A stretch of DNA of 62,988 nucleotides, counting the filler, from Hyphochytrium catenoides (lineage: Eukaryota; Protista; Hyphochytriomycota), in assembly GCA_900088475.1 (NCBI GenBank). It is 6 parts of 6 records of this genome, joined end to end, with 100 filler letters (N's around TTAATTAATTAA, not from the genome) between each part and the next. Parts side by side here need not be neighbours in the genome. Positions count along the whole stretch, not along the records: positions 1 to 31,284 come from FLMG01001525.1; positions 31,385 to 54,638 come from FLMG01000186.1; 4 more parts are not named here. The stretch is one strand, 5' to 3'. Both the position numbers and the translations under genes were made by a program. Every line of letters starts with the position of its first letter. Positions within the stretch are counted from its first letter, which is position 1. Positions 26,738-37,744 of this stretch are shown piece by piece. The notes under the pieces are model-generated. The model was not told where the DNA came from. It did not search any database and saw only the letters and a list, made by a program, of their open reading frames with translations.

Positions 26738-27818
26738 ATGAAGGTAAGATTGGTTGGGTCGTGGCTGCAGGATCAAGAATGGAAGTTTGCTTACTACGTG
26801 TTTGTTCTTAGCTCAACATTGCCAACCCAAGCACTGGGTGCCAGAAGGTACTCGAAGTGGAAGACGAGAAGAAGCTGTAAGCAAATTTAACTATCAGTGT
26901 GTTGTGAATGTCTATGTTCTCACCTTCCTCCCATACAGTCGCGTCTTCTATGACCGCCGTATCTCTCAGGAGATTGAGGGCGAGCACCTCGGCGAGGAGT
27001 ACCGCGGATACCTCTTCCGCATCTCTGGAGGAAATGACAAGCAGGGTTTCCCCATGAAGCAGGGTGTTCTCACCAACTCCCGTGTACGCCTTCTTCTCAG
27101 CAAGGGCAAGTCTTGCTACCGCCCTAGGAGAAAGGGAGAGCGCAAGCGCAAGAGCGTTCGCGGCTGCATCGTCGGCCCTGATCTGTCTGTTCTCAACCTC
27201 GTGGTCGTCCGCAAGGGAGACAACGAGATCGAGGGCTTGACCGACACGCAGATCCCTCGCCGTCTGGGTCCTAAGAGAGCCAGCAAGATCCGCAAGCTCT
27301 TCAACTTGAGCAAGGAGGATGATGTCCGCAAGTACGTCATCAGGAGAAAGTTCCAGACCAAGACTGGCAAGACCCAGGACAAGGCTCCTAAGATCCAGCG
27401 TCTGGTCACTCCTCGCACTCTGCAGCACAAGAGACGCCGTGCGGCTCTCAAGCTCCGTGCCCGTGAGAAGGCTAAGACTGAGGCCGCTGAGTACAACCGC
27501 CTCTACGCCCAGGTAATGCAGTGCTATGAACTCTGAATCTCTCTCTTCTCTTCCCTCTTCCAGCGAGAGTTGGCTAGCTGGAGCCGTAGCGTCCTTTCTC
27601 CATTTATTGCCGCTTTCCCTAGGACATTCAGCCCATATTCCCTTGACGTTTCTCCCATTTTATATTGGCTTGTCTGACACATCCTGCTTGATTTTTCCCC
27701 TGCTCCTTGGCGCCATATGGCACTGTAGCGCGTTAAGGAGCAGAAGGAACGCCGTGCCAGCGAGATCGCAAAGCGACGTAGCAGTCGCAAGGCCTCCGCT
27801 GTTCATGAGCAGAAGTAA
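26738..27818 (+). CDS. RPS6: 40S ribosomal protein eS6
   Basis: Exons 26738-26743, 26812-26876, 26939-27512, 27729-27818 give [35 protein letters not shown]...[13 protein letters not shown]...[11 protein letters not shown]...[13 protein letters not shown]...[15 protein letters not shown]. Confidence 0.99.
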
Positions 27819-28540
27819 GAGGCCCACATCTCGCGAGAGAAGTAAGGAGCCTTGAGAGGAGGAGACAGGAGGAGGGGAAGTGCTCCAGGCTTGATGGTTC
27901 AGCGCCCTGAGGAGCGAGGTTTCTATCACTTTTTATTGGCAGTAACGTAATAAAGCCGCCACTGTCTGATCGGGGAACAAAACCAGAGCTTTGTCCACTT
28001 AGTTCGCTCCTTGTCCAGGAGGCCAGCTTGTCATTGCCTTATCCTCCACTGTCTCTCTGTCCATCTACTTTAGCCCTTAATGCTCGCACCGCACACCCTT
28101 CCTGGCAATTTCTCTGGATATGGCCTTATGATTAAGCCTTCCTCTCTTCTCTGTCCAACTCTGCCTTCTCTTTCTCTCGCTTTCCTCTTTCTTCTAAGTG
28201 CGAGAGGACGATATATCTGAAGGGCTGGTGGATGTATGAAGGCTTTATTGGCCATTAAAGAGCGTGATAACAGGCTTGAGTAGCCAGTCTCAGAGACCGC
28301 GCAGCGAGCTGAAAGCCGCTTGACCGTGTCTCTGGCCTCGCCTGCCGTCTCTCCGACCTCTCACTGTTCCTTTGGCTCTCAGACTTCATTAGCCAGAGGA
28401 CCCTTTGAGGTACGCTCTCTAGGCGGTCAGCCTCATAGATAAAATGGAGGGGAACAAAGGCCCAGCAAAAGAAAGAGACTGAGCAGAAGAAACGAAAGCA
28501 GCCGTTCTCTTAATGGGTCTCTAGCTCTGTCCTTCCTCAT

Positions 28541-29804
28541 CTACTTTTCTGTTAGCTCTCTGAAGCCCTTCCAACTGCTTGGGGCCTGGAAGTTGCTCTC
28601 TCCCATCACTTTGAGCAGCACACGCGCGGGTCCATCCTCATAGAGCTGCAGTGCCTCGTTCAAGAGGACCCGTGCTTCCTCCCAAGCGCCGTCAAGATAC
28701 TTGGTGACCGCTTCCTGGAACACCTCCCTAAATCTGCGGAAGCAACAGAAATGTGCGGGATTAAGAGCCGTATGCACANNNNNNNNNNNNNNNNNNNNNN
28801 NNNNNNNNNNNNNNNNNNNNNNNNNNNNNNNNNNNNNNNNNNNNNNNNNNNNNNNNNNNNNNNNNNNNNNNNNNNNNNNNNNNNNNNNNNNNNNNNNNNN
28901 NNNNNNNNNNNNNGAGAGAGAGAGACCCAAAAAACGAAAAGGAGAGAGACCAAGGGAGACCAAGTGTAGGCGAGAACGAGAGTAGCCAGTGTGATATGAG
29001 AGAGACAGCGCCAAGTAGAAGAAGAAGACACGGATCAGTCTTATGGAAGCCAAGGTCAGGCGGCAAAAGAGACCGGAAGGAAGCCGGGAAAGAGACAGAA
29101 AGAAAGGAAGAGAAAACATGAGCGAGAGGAGAGAGAAGAGGGCAAAGATTATACCTCTGTGGAATATCCCGCTGTATCTTGCTGAACATCTCGTCCTTCT
29201 CAAAGTCAACAGCTCGCTGCACCCCTTTCTCGTCTATCACGGGCTGAAAGGCTCCTTCCTCGTAATTGCTCACATCAAAGGTCCACATCCCCATAGGAAT
29301 AGCACTGCCTTTCACTGTTACTCTGTCTATCATCCGACATCGTGTCCTCGCCGCTGGCGAGAGCTCCTCTACGAACCACTCAGAGATGAGAATAGGAGTG
29401 TGGAACTGGCCTGTCGCTGCTTCTAACCGCGCTGCCATGTTGACATTTGGAGAGAGATAAGAGGCATCAATCTTATACTTAGAACCTATGGCGCCCTCTA
29501 TTGCCCATCCCACGTGAAGTCCGAAGCCCATATGAACCTGTGAAGAGGTCAGCGCAGCAAAAGAGAGAGAAAAGATGTGAAGGAGTGAGAACGCGCAAAG
29601 AGAGATCGGAAGAGAAAGAGACAGACCGAGAGAGGGAGAGAAGAGGAAGTCAAGGAAGAGACACATGAGTAGCGGTAAGCCTTCGGAGGTTGGCCGACTC
29701 CGCACAGTGCAGAATCCAGGGAGACACAGAGTTACCAAGAGGACAGAACTTATGATCGGTGCTCGCAAGGCATGAAAATGGTTTAACTTGAGCTGTCTCT
29801 ATTT

Positions 29805-29841
<37 letters not shown>

Positions 29842-30886
29842 GTGAGTGTGTATCGTCCGTGCTCTTCGCCTTGAGTCGACTCTTCGGTAACCTTACCTCG
29901 AAGCCGTCAGAGAACTTCTTTGCAACCTTAGACTTCCTCAAAAATCCGTCAAAGTTCTTTCCCGGCTTGATCTTAGTGATGTTATGTACATCGATCTGCA
30001 TCTTCAGCACTGCGCAAAGAGCAGAATCGAAGAACTCTTGAGGCTTGATGACTCTTTCCACCTTACCGGCGCCAGCCAGCTTCATGTATATACCCTTTCG
30101 CTTCTCCTGAAGGATGAGAGGCGAGCGGTTGATGACGTCCGTGTCTCTAGGGTCTCTTAGAAGAGGGAGAGAGCCATTACATAGCTTCCATGCAAGGAGA
30201 AAGGCTCCTCCCATGTTCTTGTTGGCTGCTCCGTAGTAAGAGTGGGCGCAGGTGTGAACGATATCTGCTATGGAGTTGATGTACGTGATGACGTCCTCCT
30301 CCAGGTCAGAACACGTCGTCGTGAAGTTCTCAATGATTCCGAAGCAGAAGATAGAGGTGATCTTCTTTCCTGTGGGAGTCGAGGCGAGCAGGGGAAGTAG
30401 AGAGAGAGATGCCGCCGGACGGAGAGGGCAAGAGATAGAGAGTCAAAGAGTGAGACATAAAGAGAAACACCATTAGAGGTAGAAAAAGAGACACAAGAGA
30501 GAAGGAGGTATACGAGGCCAAAGCCAAGTGATGCGAAGCGAGAGATGCCTGGATAGAGAGATAAAGCGCCCCGCAGATATTTTGAGAGGCACAGAGCATG
30601 TTGGTCGATAGATATCCACCAGTAAGAAGAGTAACAAGAGCAAAAGCGAGAGAGACAGTAGGTACCCACCTGGTAGCATGACGTTGAGTTGACCATGGCC
30701 TGCAAGGTTCTTTCCGATGATCTCTGTGCCTGCGGCGCCAAAGCCAATCTGAAGCAAGGCCCCAATCTTCTTGAGAGTCTTCTCTAGAATGTAAGTCTCA
30801 ACGTCCACTGAGGCCTTAGAATTGACTTCCTGCTTCTTTTGAAGAGAGGCCAGAGGATTCTGCGCGAGCTTTCGAACCAGGTTGAT
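28541..30886 (-). CDS. Class III nucleotidyl (adenylyl-type) cyclase of the alveolate/stramenopile membrane type; 5' truncated by contig end; metal-binding Asp residues substituted
   Basis: LVRKLAQNPL...ETYILEKTLKKIGALLQIGFGAAGTEII...PG|KKITSIFCFGIIENFT...GAANKNMGGAFLLAWK...MGFGLHVGWAIEGAIGSKYKIDASYLSPNVNMAARLEAAT...DRVTVKGS...APSSWKGFRELTEK-stop. Confidence 0.93.
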
Positions 30887-31284
30887 CTGCGCGAAGGGAA
30901 GAACAGCAGGAATTACTCATCAAAGACATTGCAAGTGAAGATAGACGAAGGATTCAGAATGGAACAGTCTATAAAGAGTGATAGAGAGTAGTGACTCCCA
31001 GTAGAGATGAGAGCGAGTAGAGCAAGGGGATGATTATGAGGATCAAGACAAGAAAGAGAAGCACCCTACGAAGGGAGAAGCAGTGGGAATGAAAGAAAAA
31101 GAAAGGAGGAGATGTAGCACCGATGGACCTATAGAAGATCCGGAATGGAAAGAAGCAGCGCCGTGTTGAGAGAAGGAAAGAAAGAGATAGGGAAGCAGAG
31201 TGAGCAAGCTAGAGCGAGGGGTGGGAGAGAGGAGGGCGTTGAATAAAGAAAGACAAACGATTTGGGCCCGACTGGGTCGGGCAG

Positions 31285-31384
31285 NNNNNNNNNNNNNNNN
31301 NNNNNNNNNNNNNNNNNNNNNNNNNNNNTTAATTAATTAANNNNNNNNNNNNNNNNNNNNNNNNNNNNNNNNNNNNNNNNNNNN
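31285..31384. other. Artificial contig linker (N-run + TTAATTAATTAA + N-run)
   Basis: Six-frame-stop palindrome at 31329-31340 inside Ns. Identical linkers at 54683-54694, 57679-57690, 59299-59310 and 61491-61502. Confidence 0.98.
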
Positions 31385-31479
31385 GAGAGAGAGAGAGAGA
31401 GAGCATATGCCGGGCTGTTCACCCTTATCTCTTCCTCGTCCAAATCGATGATTCCTCTTTGACCGGCTAAAGAGGCCTC

Positions 31480-32036
31480 TGTGTCCCTTCTCCTCCTCCT
31501 CTTCTCTCTCTTTCTCACTCTCTCTCTCTCTCCGTCTGTTTCTCTCTCCCCTTGTCTTCGATCTCTCTCTCTCCGTCTCTCCCTACCTTTCTCTCTCTCT
31601 CTCCCTCTCAGGTGCTGGAGGGCTTAATCACGGCAGCGCACGGCTCTGTCTCATCTCCTCTTTATATAGACGGCACAGCAGGCTTTGGAGGTCACACCAG
31701 GGCGATCCTCGAGAGAGAGAAGCGAAGCAGGGTTCTCTGCATTGACAGAGACAAGGAGGTAAACCCTAGCGGAACAGTGCTGCAAGGTCTCTTGACGTGT
31801 TACCTCTTTTTTTTCATTCTCCCTCTTTCTCTCTCTTTCTCTCTCTTTCTCTCATGCCTTTCCCTCTCTCTATATATATATATCTTCCTTTGTTCTTTAT
31901 CTGGTTGTCAACCTTAGGACTCCACGCTGTAGGTCTAACAATTAGGCTCTTCTCTCTTCCCACGTCTCCCACTATCCTTGTCCGGTTTCCTCTCTCGCTC
32001 TCTCTCTGTCTCTCCGTCCCTCTCCCTTTCTCTCTT

Positions 32037-32112
<76 letters not shown>

Positions 32113-32718
32113 CTTTCTTTCTCCGACCCTTATTTCATGTTAGACTCTGGATGTTTGTGCTGAGCGCTTGCGATCCTTTGGCTCTCGAGTCGTCTTCTCT
32201 TCTGGCTCCTACGCCGACCTGGCGCAGCATCTGGAGAAGAGCGGCTTGGGAGGAGAGAGAGCGCAGGGCATATTGCTGGATCTCGGGGCCAACAGGTGAG
32301 CTAAACGGGGCGAGTGTCTCTTCTGAGTGTCTCCTTTGTCTCTCTTTCTCTCGCTCTCTCTTCTCTCACCGACTTTCTCTTCCCACACCCGCACTGTCTT
32401 TTTTTGCTTTCATCTCTCCTTTGGTGGTCTCTCGTATATCTTTCATGCCACAAAAATGAGGAAGACTGTCAAGCTTCTCTTTCGTTTGCTCTCTTGCTTT
32501 CTCTCTGTCTCTCTTTCATGTTCTCCTTCTGCCAAATTCTCTCTCTATTTTTATTTCCCCCTCCTCTTCTCTCCCCCCGCTCTCTCTCTCTCATTCTGCT
32601 CTCTCTGTCATTCCTCATTCTCTCTCATTCCTCACTCTATCCTTTCTCTTTTTTTCTCTTCTCTTGACTCTTCCTCTCTCCTTCTGTACCTGCGTTTCTT
32701 GCCATCTTTACCCATTGT

Positions 32719-32753
<35 letters not shown>

Positions 32754-33022
32754 TCACCCTTCAGTGAGCAGCTGACGGCTGCCTCTCGCGGCTTCAGCTT
32801 TAGAGAGGCGGGAGAGTTGGACATGAGGTTCGACCGCTCTGACGCCTCTCTTCCTACGGCGCGGCACCTGGTCAACACTCTCTCAGAAGTCAAGCTTACA
32901 AAGGTTAGCTCTCCCTTTGGCTTTCTCTTCCTTAGCGCTTTTCTCTCTCTCTCTCAGCGCCCGCAGGATGTCCTTCATTTCTCAGCACGCGGCGTCTCTC
33001 AGTCTCTCTCTCTCTCTCTCTG

Positions 33023-33115
<93 letters not shown>

Positions 33116-33386
33116 TCTACTGCCCGCTATGTTTCTCTTTCCGTCTCTTATTATCATTGAACTGTTGTTCTCTGCAGCTGTTTCAAGAGCTGGGCGAAGA
33201 GCCTCAAGCGGCGGCTGCAGCGAGAGCCATCGTGAGACAGCGGCAATGTACGCTTTCTTCGCTTGCGTGTTCCTTTATCTCCTTTTATCTCTCCTTCTCA
33301 ACCTCTTCTTGTGTTTCTCTCTCTCTCATTTACACTATATTGCTCTCTCTCTCTCTCATTTACACATATTCTTCTCTGTCTCTCTG

Positions 33387-33424
<38 letters not shown>

Positions 33425-34100
33425 TCCCTTCTCTTCTGTCCTTTCTTCCCGCTCTGACTGCCCTCTGTGTCATCTCTGCTCTTGTTAACATCTTCTTTCT
33501 CCCCTCTTTTCGTTAGTTCTCCACTCCGCAGCCGTCTATTGATGCACTTCACCTTCCTGCATTACTCTGTCTGTCTGTCTGTCTGTCATCTCTCTCTTTC
33601 TTCTCTCTTTCTCCTCTCTTTCCCTTCTCTTTCTCTCTCTTCTACCTCTCTGTTTTGCTGATGTTTACTTGGGCCTTGCTTTTTCTTTGGGTCATCAGTG
33701 CAGCCATTCACAAGCACTCAGCAGCTGTCTAAATGCCTCAGTGCAGCTTTAGGGCGCTCTGGGCGCAGAGCGCAGGCCCGACAAGGAAGAGCACAACTGC
33801 ACCCCGCAACCCTTTGCTTTCAGGTCTTTTTCCAGTCTCTCTCTCTCTCTCTCTCAGCAGCAGCTACTTGTCTCTCTCTCCCTTTCTCGAAGAGGTTCCT
33901 CTCTTCGGCTTCTGGTGACTGACGACACCCTGGCGTTCTATTTGATAGTGTTCGCGAGAGGCGTGCACCTCCGTGGACAAACAGAGAGAGGAGAGAGAGA
34001 CAGAGTCAGAGAGGTAGAACAAAGAGAAAGAGAGAGAGACAGAGAGAAAGAGAGAGAGAGAGAAAGAGAGAGAGAGAGGAGAGTGACTCGAAAGGAGAGA
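31480..34100. repeat. Dense (CT)n/(GA)n microsatellite tracts in introns (representative block)
   Basis: Long perfect and degenerate CT runs, e.g. 32030-32106 and 33000-33110. Similar tracts at 12630-12660, 13540-13680, 37700-39900, 43570-43670, 52970-53420, 59908-59960 and 60300-60353. Many internal N gaps sit in such tracts. Confidence 0.97.
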
Positions 34101-35074
34101 CTTGCGCGTCTGACTTGCGTTCGATGGCAGGCTCTGAGAATCGCCGTTAATCAAGAGCTGGATCACTTGAAGGTCTTCCGCACACTCTGTCCTCTAACTG
34201 CAGAGATGGTTCTCTCTCTCTCTTTCCTGCTTCCGTCTTTCTCTCTCCCTTTCTCTTGCTCCTATCTCGATGTCTTCTGTCAGCTCGCTCTTTCTTTATA
34301 GTTGCACACTCATCCAACTCAATCCACGCGTTCTCTTTAGGAAGGAATGCAAAGCGGAATGGACGTGCTTGCCCCAGGAGGACGATTTGGTAAGTAATCT
34401 TGCCCTTTTCACCCTTTCTCCTGAACTGTTCTCTGGCTTGCGACCCGTTCGTCTTCTCTCGCTGACCCTCTACTCTTAGCCATCATCTCTTTCCATTCCC
34501 TGGAAAGCAGGATGGTCAAAGAGACATTTGCACACATGGTACGAAGCCTTTGCTCCTTGGAAACAAGAGCGAAGACCAATAGAAAGAAAGAAGAAGAACG
34601 GAGAGAGAGAGTGTGTAGGGGGAGATTGGGAAAGTGGGAGTTGGCCTACAAGAGAGAGGAAGGGAGAAGAAAGAGTTGGAAAGGCGAGAGAGACAAAAAG
34701 AGTGAGAAATCAAGGACAATAGGAGGAAGAGAAGATGTGAGGCGAAGACCGGAAGACATCGGGCAGGGCGGTGGGAAAAAAGTTAGACGAGAGCCCAACG
34801 TACAACTCCTTTCCCGTGACTAAAAGCGGCACAAGAGCGTCCTTCTACTATCGTCTCGCATACCTCTTCTTCCTTTGAAGACACTTCCTCATTCTGTCTC
34901 TGTGTTTCTCTCTCTCTCTCTCTCTCTCTTGTGTCCTGTCTCTACCCTTGTCCATAGGCCACTGAGGGCCGTTTGAAGCTAACTCCCAAGAAGGAAATAA
35001 AGCCCAAGGAAGAGGAAGTGGCGCTGAACCCTCGAGCGCGGTCGGCGAGGCTCAGATGCGCAGAAAAGCTCTAG
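31612..35074 (+). CDS. rsmH: rRNA cytosine-N4 methyltransferase RsmH/MraW (METTL15-like, organellar); 5' exon missing
   Basis: YIDGTAGFGGHTRAIL...IDRD, GILLDLGANS|EQL...RGFSF...LDMRFD, LFQELGEE, HPATLCFQ|ALRIAVNQEL, LAPGGRF|AIISFHSLESRMVK, EEEVALNPRARSARLRCAEKL-stop. Confidence 0.95.
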
Positions 35075-35576
35075 CCTCTCCATTTGCGAGCATTTTCTAT
35101 GGCGATGCCCAACATGGACAACGTTAGCTTTCCGTCTGAGCAGGAAAGAAATGACCAAGAGAGGCAGAGCGCTAATTGAAATATGGCAACGAGGGAAAGA
35201 GTTCTCATCTGCTTTGAGAAGTGAGAGCACTGATACGGAATCCAGAGAGATAATGCAAGCGCGAGAGAAAAAGAGGGATAGGGATGACCTCAATCGTTGT
35301 CTGGCCCGGGCGGGAGCCTGGTACGGCGGCAGAAGAAGAGTCGCTTCTGTACATACATTTATATATAAATAGACTATCTACCGACTCCCGCTATGGCGCA
35401 AGCCCGTATCAGAGAGACACGCACGTAAAGAGCAGGAGAGAGAGAGAGAGGGAGACAAGACCTACAGTCAAGGAGATAGTGAAAGCCTTTCTCTATTCAC
35501 CCTCCCGGAAGTTGTCTCTCTCACTCGCCTCCTGTGCTTCAGAGCGTCTCCTCTTCTCTGACCACGCGGTTCCTCT

Positions 35577-37079
35577 CTAGAACCATGCAATGTTGGAGTC
35601 CATAACGTTGTAAGTATAGGAGAAGAGAGGCCTAGTGCAGATGTAATGCCCTGGTTTTCCTTTCTTCTCAGGAACCACGTAGCCCAAGATTATGTTGGCC
35701 ACGGGCCCAGTAGAGATTGGCGTCGTGCCTATTACTCTTCTTATCGTGTCGACTTGGAAGTTGTCATCGCTTGCTATGACGCTGATGTTGAGCTTGAACA
35801 TGGAGGCAGCAGCGTAGAGCTCCAGAAGAGAAGCACTCTCTTTCTCTTTGGCGAAGATCTTGGCTCTCTCTTCTACGTCCTCGGGCGTCATTAGCAGCTT
35901 AGAGGCAAGAGGAAGCTTGTGCAGGCGGATGTACTCTGACAGAAGCTTTCGAAGAGAGAGAGCAGCGTACACTCTTCGCTTTCCTGTTCCATCTTCCTTG
36001 AGAGAGACTGTCTTTTCTAGCGTGTCCGACGAGGAAGGGACGAGGCCCAACGCGTGGAGTTCCCATACTAAGCAATGGAGAAAGCAGGAGCCATCCGCAG
36101 GCATTCCTACGCCTTTGAGTCCTCGAGAGAGAAGAGACTTTTCTAGGGCGAGCCGAGCAGGAGAGAATGGGGAAGTAGAGGGAGAGTCATACCGGAGAAG
36201 ATCATAAGAAATAGCGTCCTTCGGCTTGGAGAGAGGACGGTCCGGGTCTCCCACATTGGTCCTCGCCAGTCCTTTCCTTGTATATCCTTTCTCATACTGC
36301 GCAGCGCTGTCAGACAGCCAAACTTCATTGCTCCGGACTCCGCAAAACATCCTGAAGAGGGGAAGGCGGCCTACCTCGTGGAGAGAGGCCAGGACCTTAA
36401 GGTAGGCGCTTAGTTCACTCTGTCTCCGTTGAAGAAACGCTTTCCCGCGGATGAGAGAGAGAGAAAGAGAAGGCAAAGTCTTCCCTAAGATTGACCGCGT
36501 CTGATGGCGCTTTATCCTTGGCAGGGCGACTGTCTTTCCCAGAAGCACGTCTAGCGCTTCTTCCAGCGCGACGAACTCAGAGAAACAGCGCCAGGAGTGT
36601 CGCCATTCTACCTCTCCTCTCTCTCTGTCTCCTCCGATGCCTCCTCCTACTGCTGTGGCTCCTACTCCGCCTTTCTCTCCTGTCTCTTTCTCTCTCACCG
36701 CGGTAGCTGCTGCGGCCGCCTTGAGAGTGGAAGAGGAAGAAGGGAAAGACTCTCTCCTCATGACGCCCACGGTGACTCTAAACTCTTGATTGTCTTCCTC
36801 TGACTCGGTTCCTGTCTCTCCTCTTCTTGAAGGCCAATAGAATGTCACAGCGACGTTCAGAGGAGAAGCAGAGGGAAGGAAAGGCTTGACAGGCGCTTGT
36901 CGCACTGTCTTTTCTCTCCCTGCGCTGCTGGCTGAATGAGGGAGAGCAGCAGGAGAAGGAGAGGCCCTTGTAGACCCTCCTCTCTCTCCTGCTCCCCCGC
37001 TTTCAGAGAGAGAGAGAGCCGAGTCGCGCATACTAAGACCTCGTGGGTCATTCTCTGCATTCTCTCCACCGCCTGCCAT
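35577..37079 (-). CDS. Intronless PX-domain + OTU-family cysteine protease (putative deubiquitinase), about 500 aa
   Basis: First in-frame ATG at 37079. PX-like WRCFSEFVALEEAL...LPRIK...FLQRRQSELSAYLKVL...FRMFCG. OTU-like MPADGSCFLHCL...LRKLLSEYI...LELYAAASMFKLNISVI...LGY...GHY. Confidence 0.85.
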   Translation of the reverse strand: MAGGGENAENDPRGLSMRDSALSLSESGGAGERGGSTRASPSPAALPHSASSAGREKTVRQAPVKPFLPSASPLNVAVTFYWPSRRGETGTESEEDNQEFRVTVGVMRRESFPSSSSTLKAAAAATAVREKETGEKGGVGATAVGGGIGGDRERGEVEWRHSWRCFSEFVALEEALDVLLGKTVALPRIKRHQTRSILGKTLPSLSLSLIRGKAFLQRRQSELSAYLKVLASLHEVGRLPLFRMFCGVRSNEVWLSDSAAQYEKGYTRKGLARTNVGDPDRPLSKPKDAISYDLLRYDSPSTSPFSPARLALEKSLLSRGLKGVGMPADGSCFLHCLVWELHALGLVPSSSDTLEKTVSLKEDGTGKRRVYAALSLRKLLSEYIRLHKLPLASKLLMTPEDVEERAKIFAKEKESASLLELYAAASMFKLNISVIASDDNFQVDTIRRVIGTTPISTGPVANIILGYVVPEKKGKPGHYICTRPLFSYTYNVMDSNIAWF

Positions 37080-37698
37080 AACTATGTATGAGGAGAGACA
37101 CCTCTCTAGCAAGACCAACGAAGGAGCTCAGCAAAGGTAGAGAAAGAGAGAGAAGAGAGAGAGACCGATGAGAGATGACGGCAAGATTAAGAGCAGGAGG
37201 TGAAAGAAGAGAAGAGGGCAAGAGGCGATAGCTTGACTTGGGAAGCGTCAGGGCCCTGCCAGTAATGCAACACGTGATAGGAGAGAGGGAAAGAAGAAAG
37301 AACGTAAGAGAGAAGAGAGAGAAAGGAAAAGAACCAACAAGGGAAGAGGCCAACAGCTGACGCAGATAGATGGCAGGCAAAAGAGACACAGATGCGGAGA
37401 TCTTGCAGACGAGAAGCTTTATTCCCTCACGACAGCTGCGACCTGTGAGAGAGAGAGAGAGAGAGTGAGAAAGAGAGGAACGGAGAAAGGAGAGAGAGAG
37501 GAAGAAGGTAATGGACTAATAGTTGGGACTAGCCCTTTCTTTGCCCTTCTAAACTTCTACACCGACGGCGGCGGCAGCGGCAGGAACTGGCGCTGGAGGG
37601 CGGCGATGATGATGACGTGCCTTCCTTTGAGGCTTCATTTCCTCCCTACACTATCCTACCTACCTAGGAACACGGTCATCTTCCGAACACTCTTTCTT

Positions 37699-37744
<46 letters not shown>

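Noticed and set aside
26808-27496. Long antisense ORFs over RPS6
   Set aside because: Shadow ORFs caused by strong codon bias in a highly expressed gene.
27513-27728. Possible intronic snoRNA in RPS6
   Set aside because: No convincing box C (RUGAUGA)/box D pair or H/ACA structure seen by eye; a covariance search would be needed.
31329-31340. TTAATTAATTAA palindrome repeated five times in the window
   Set aside because: Always embedded in N runs; it is a six-frame-stop assembly linker, not biology.
31797-34301. Many long SLSLSL / RERERE ORFs here and across 12500-13800, 37400-41100 and 52900-62700
   Set aside because: Stop-free translations of (CT)n/(GA)n microsatellites in introns and intergenic DNA.
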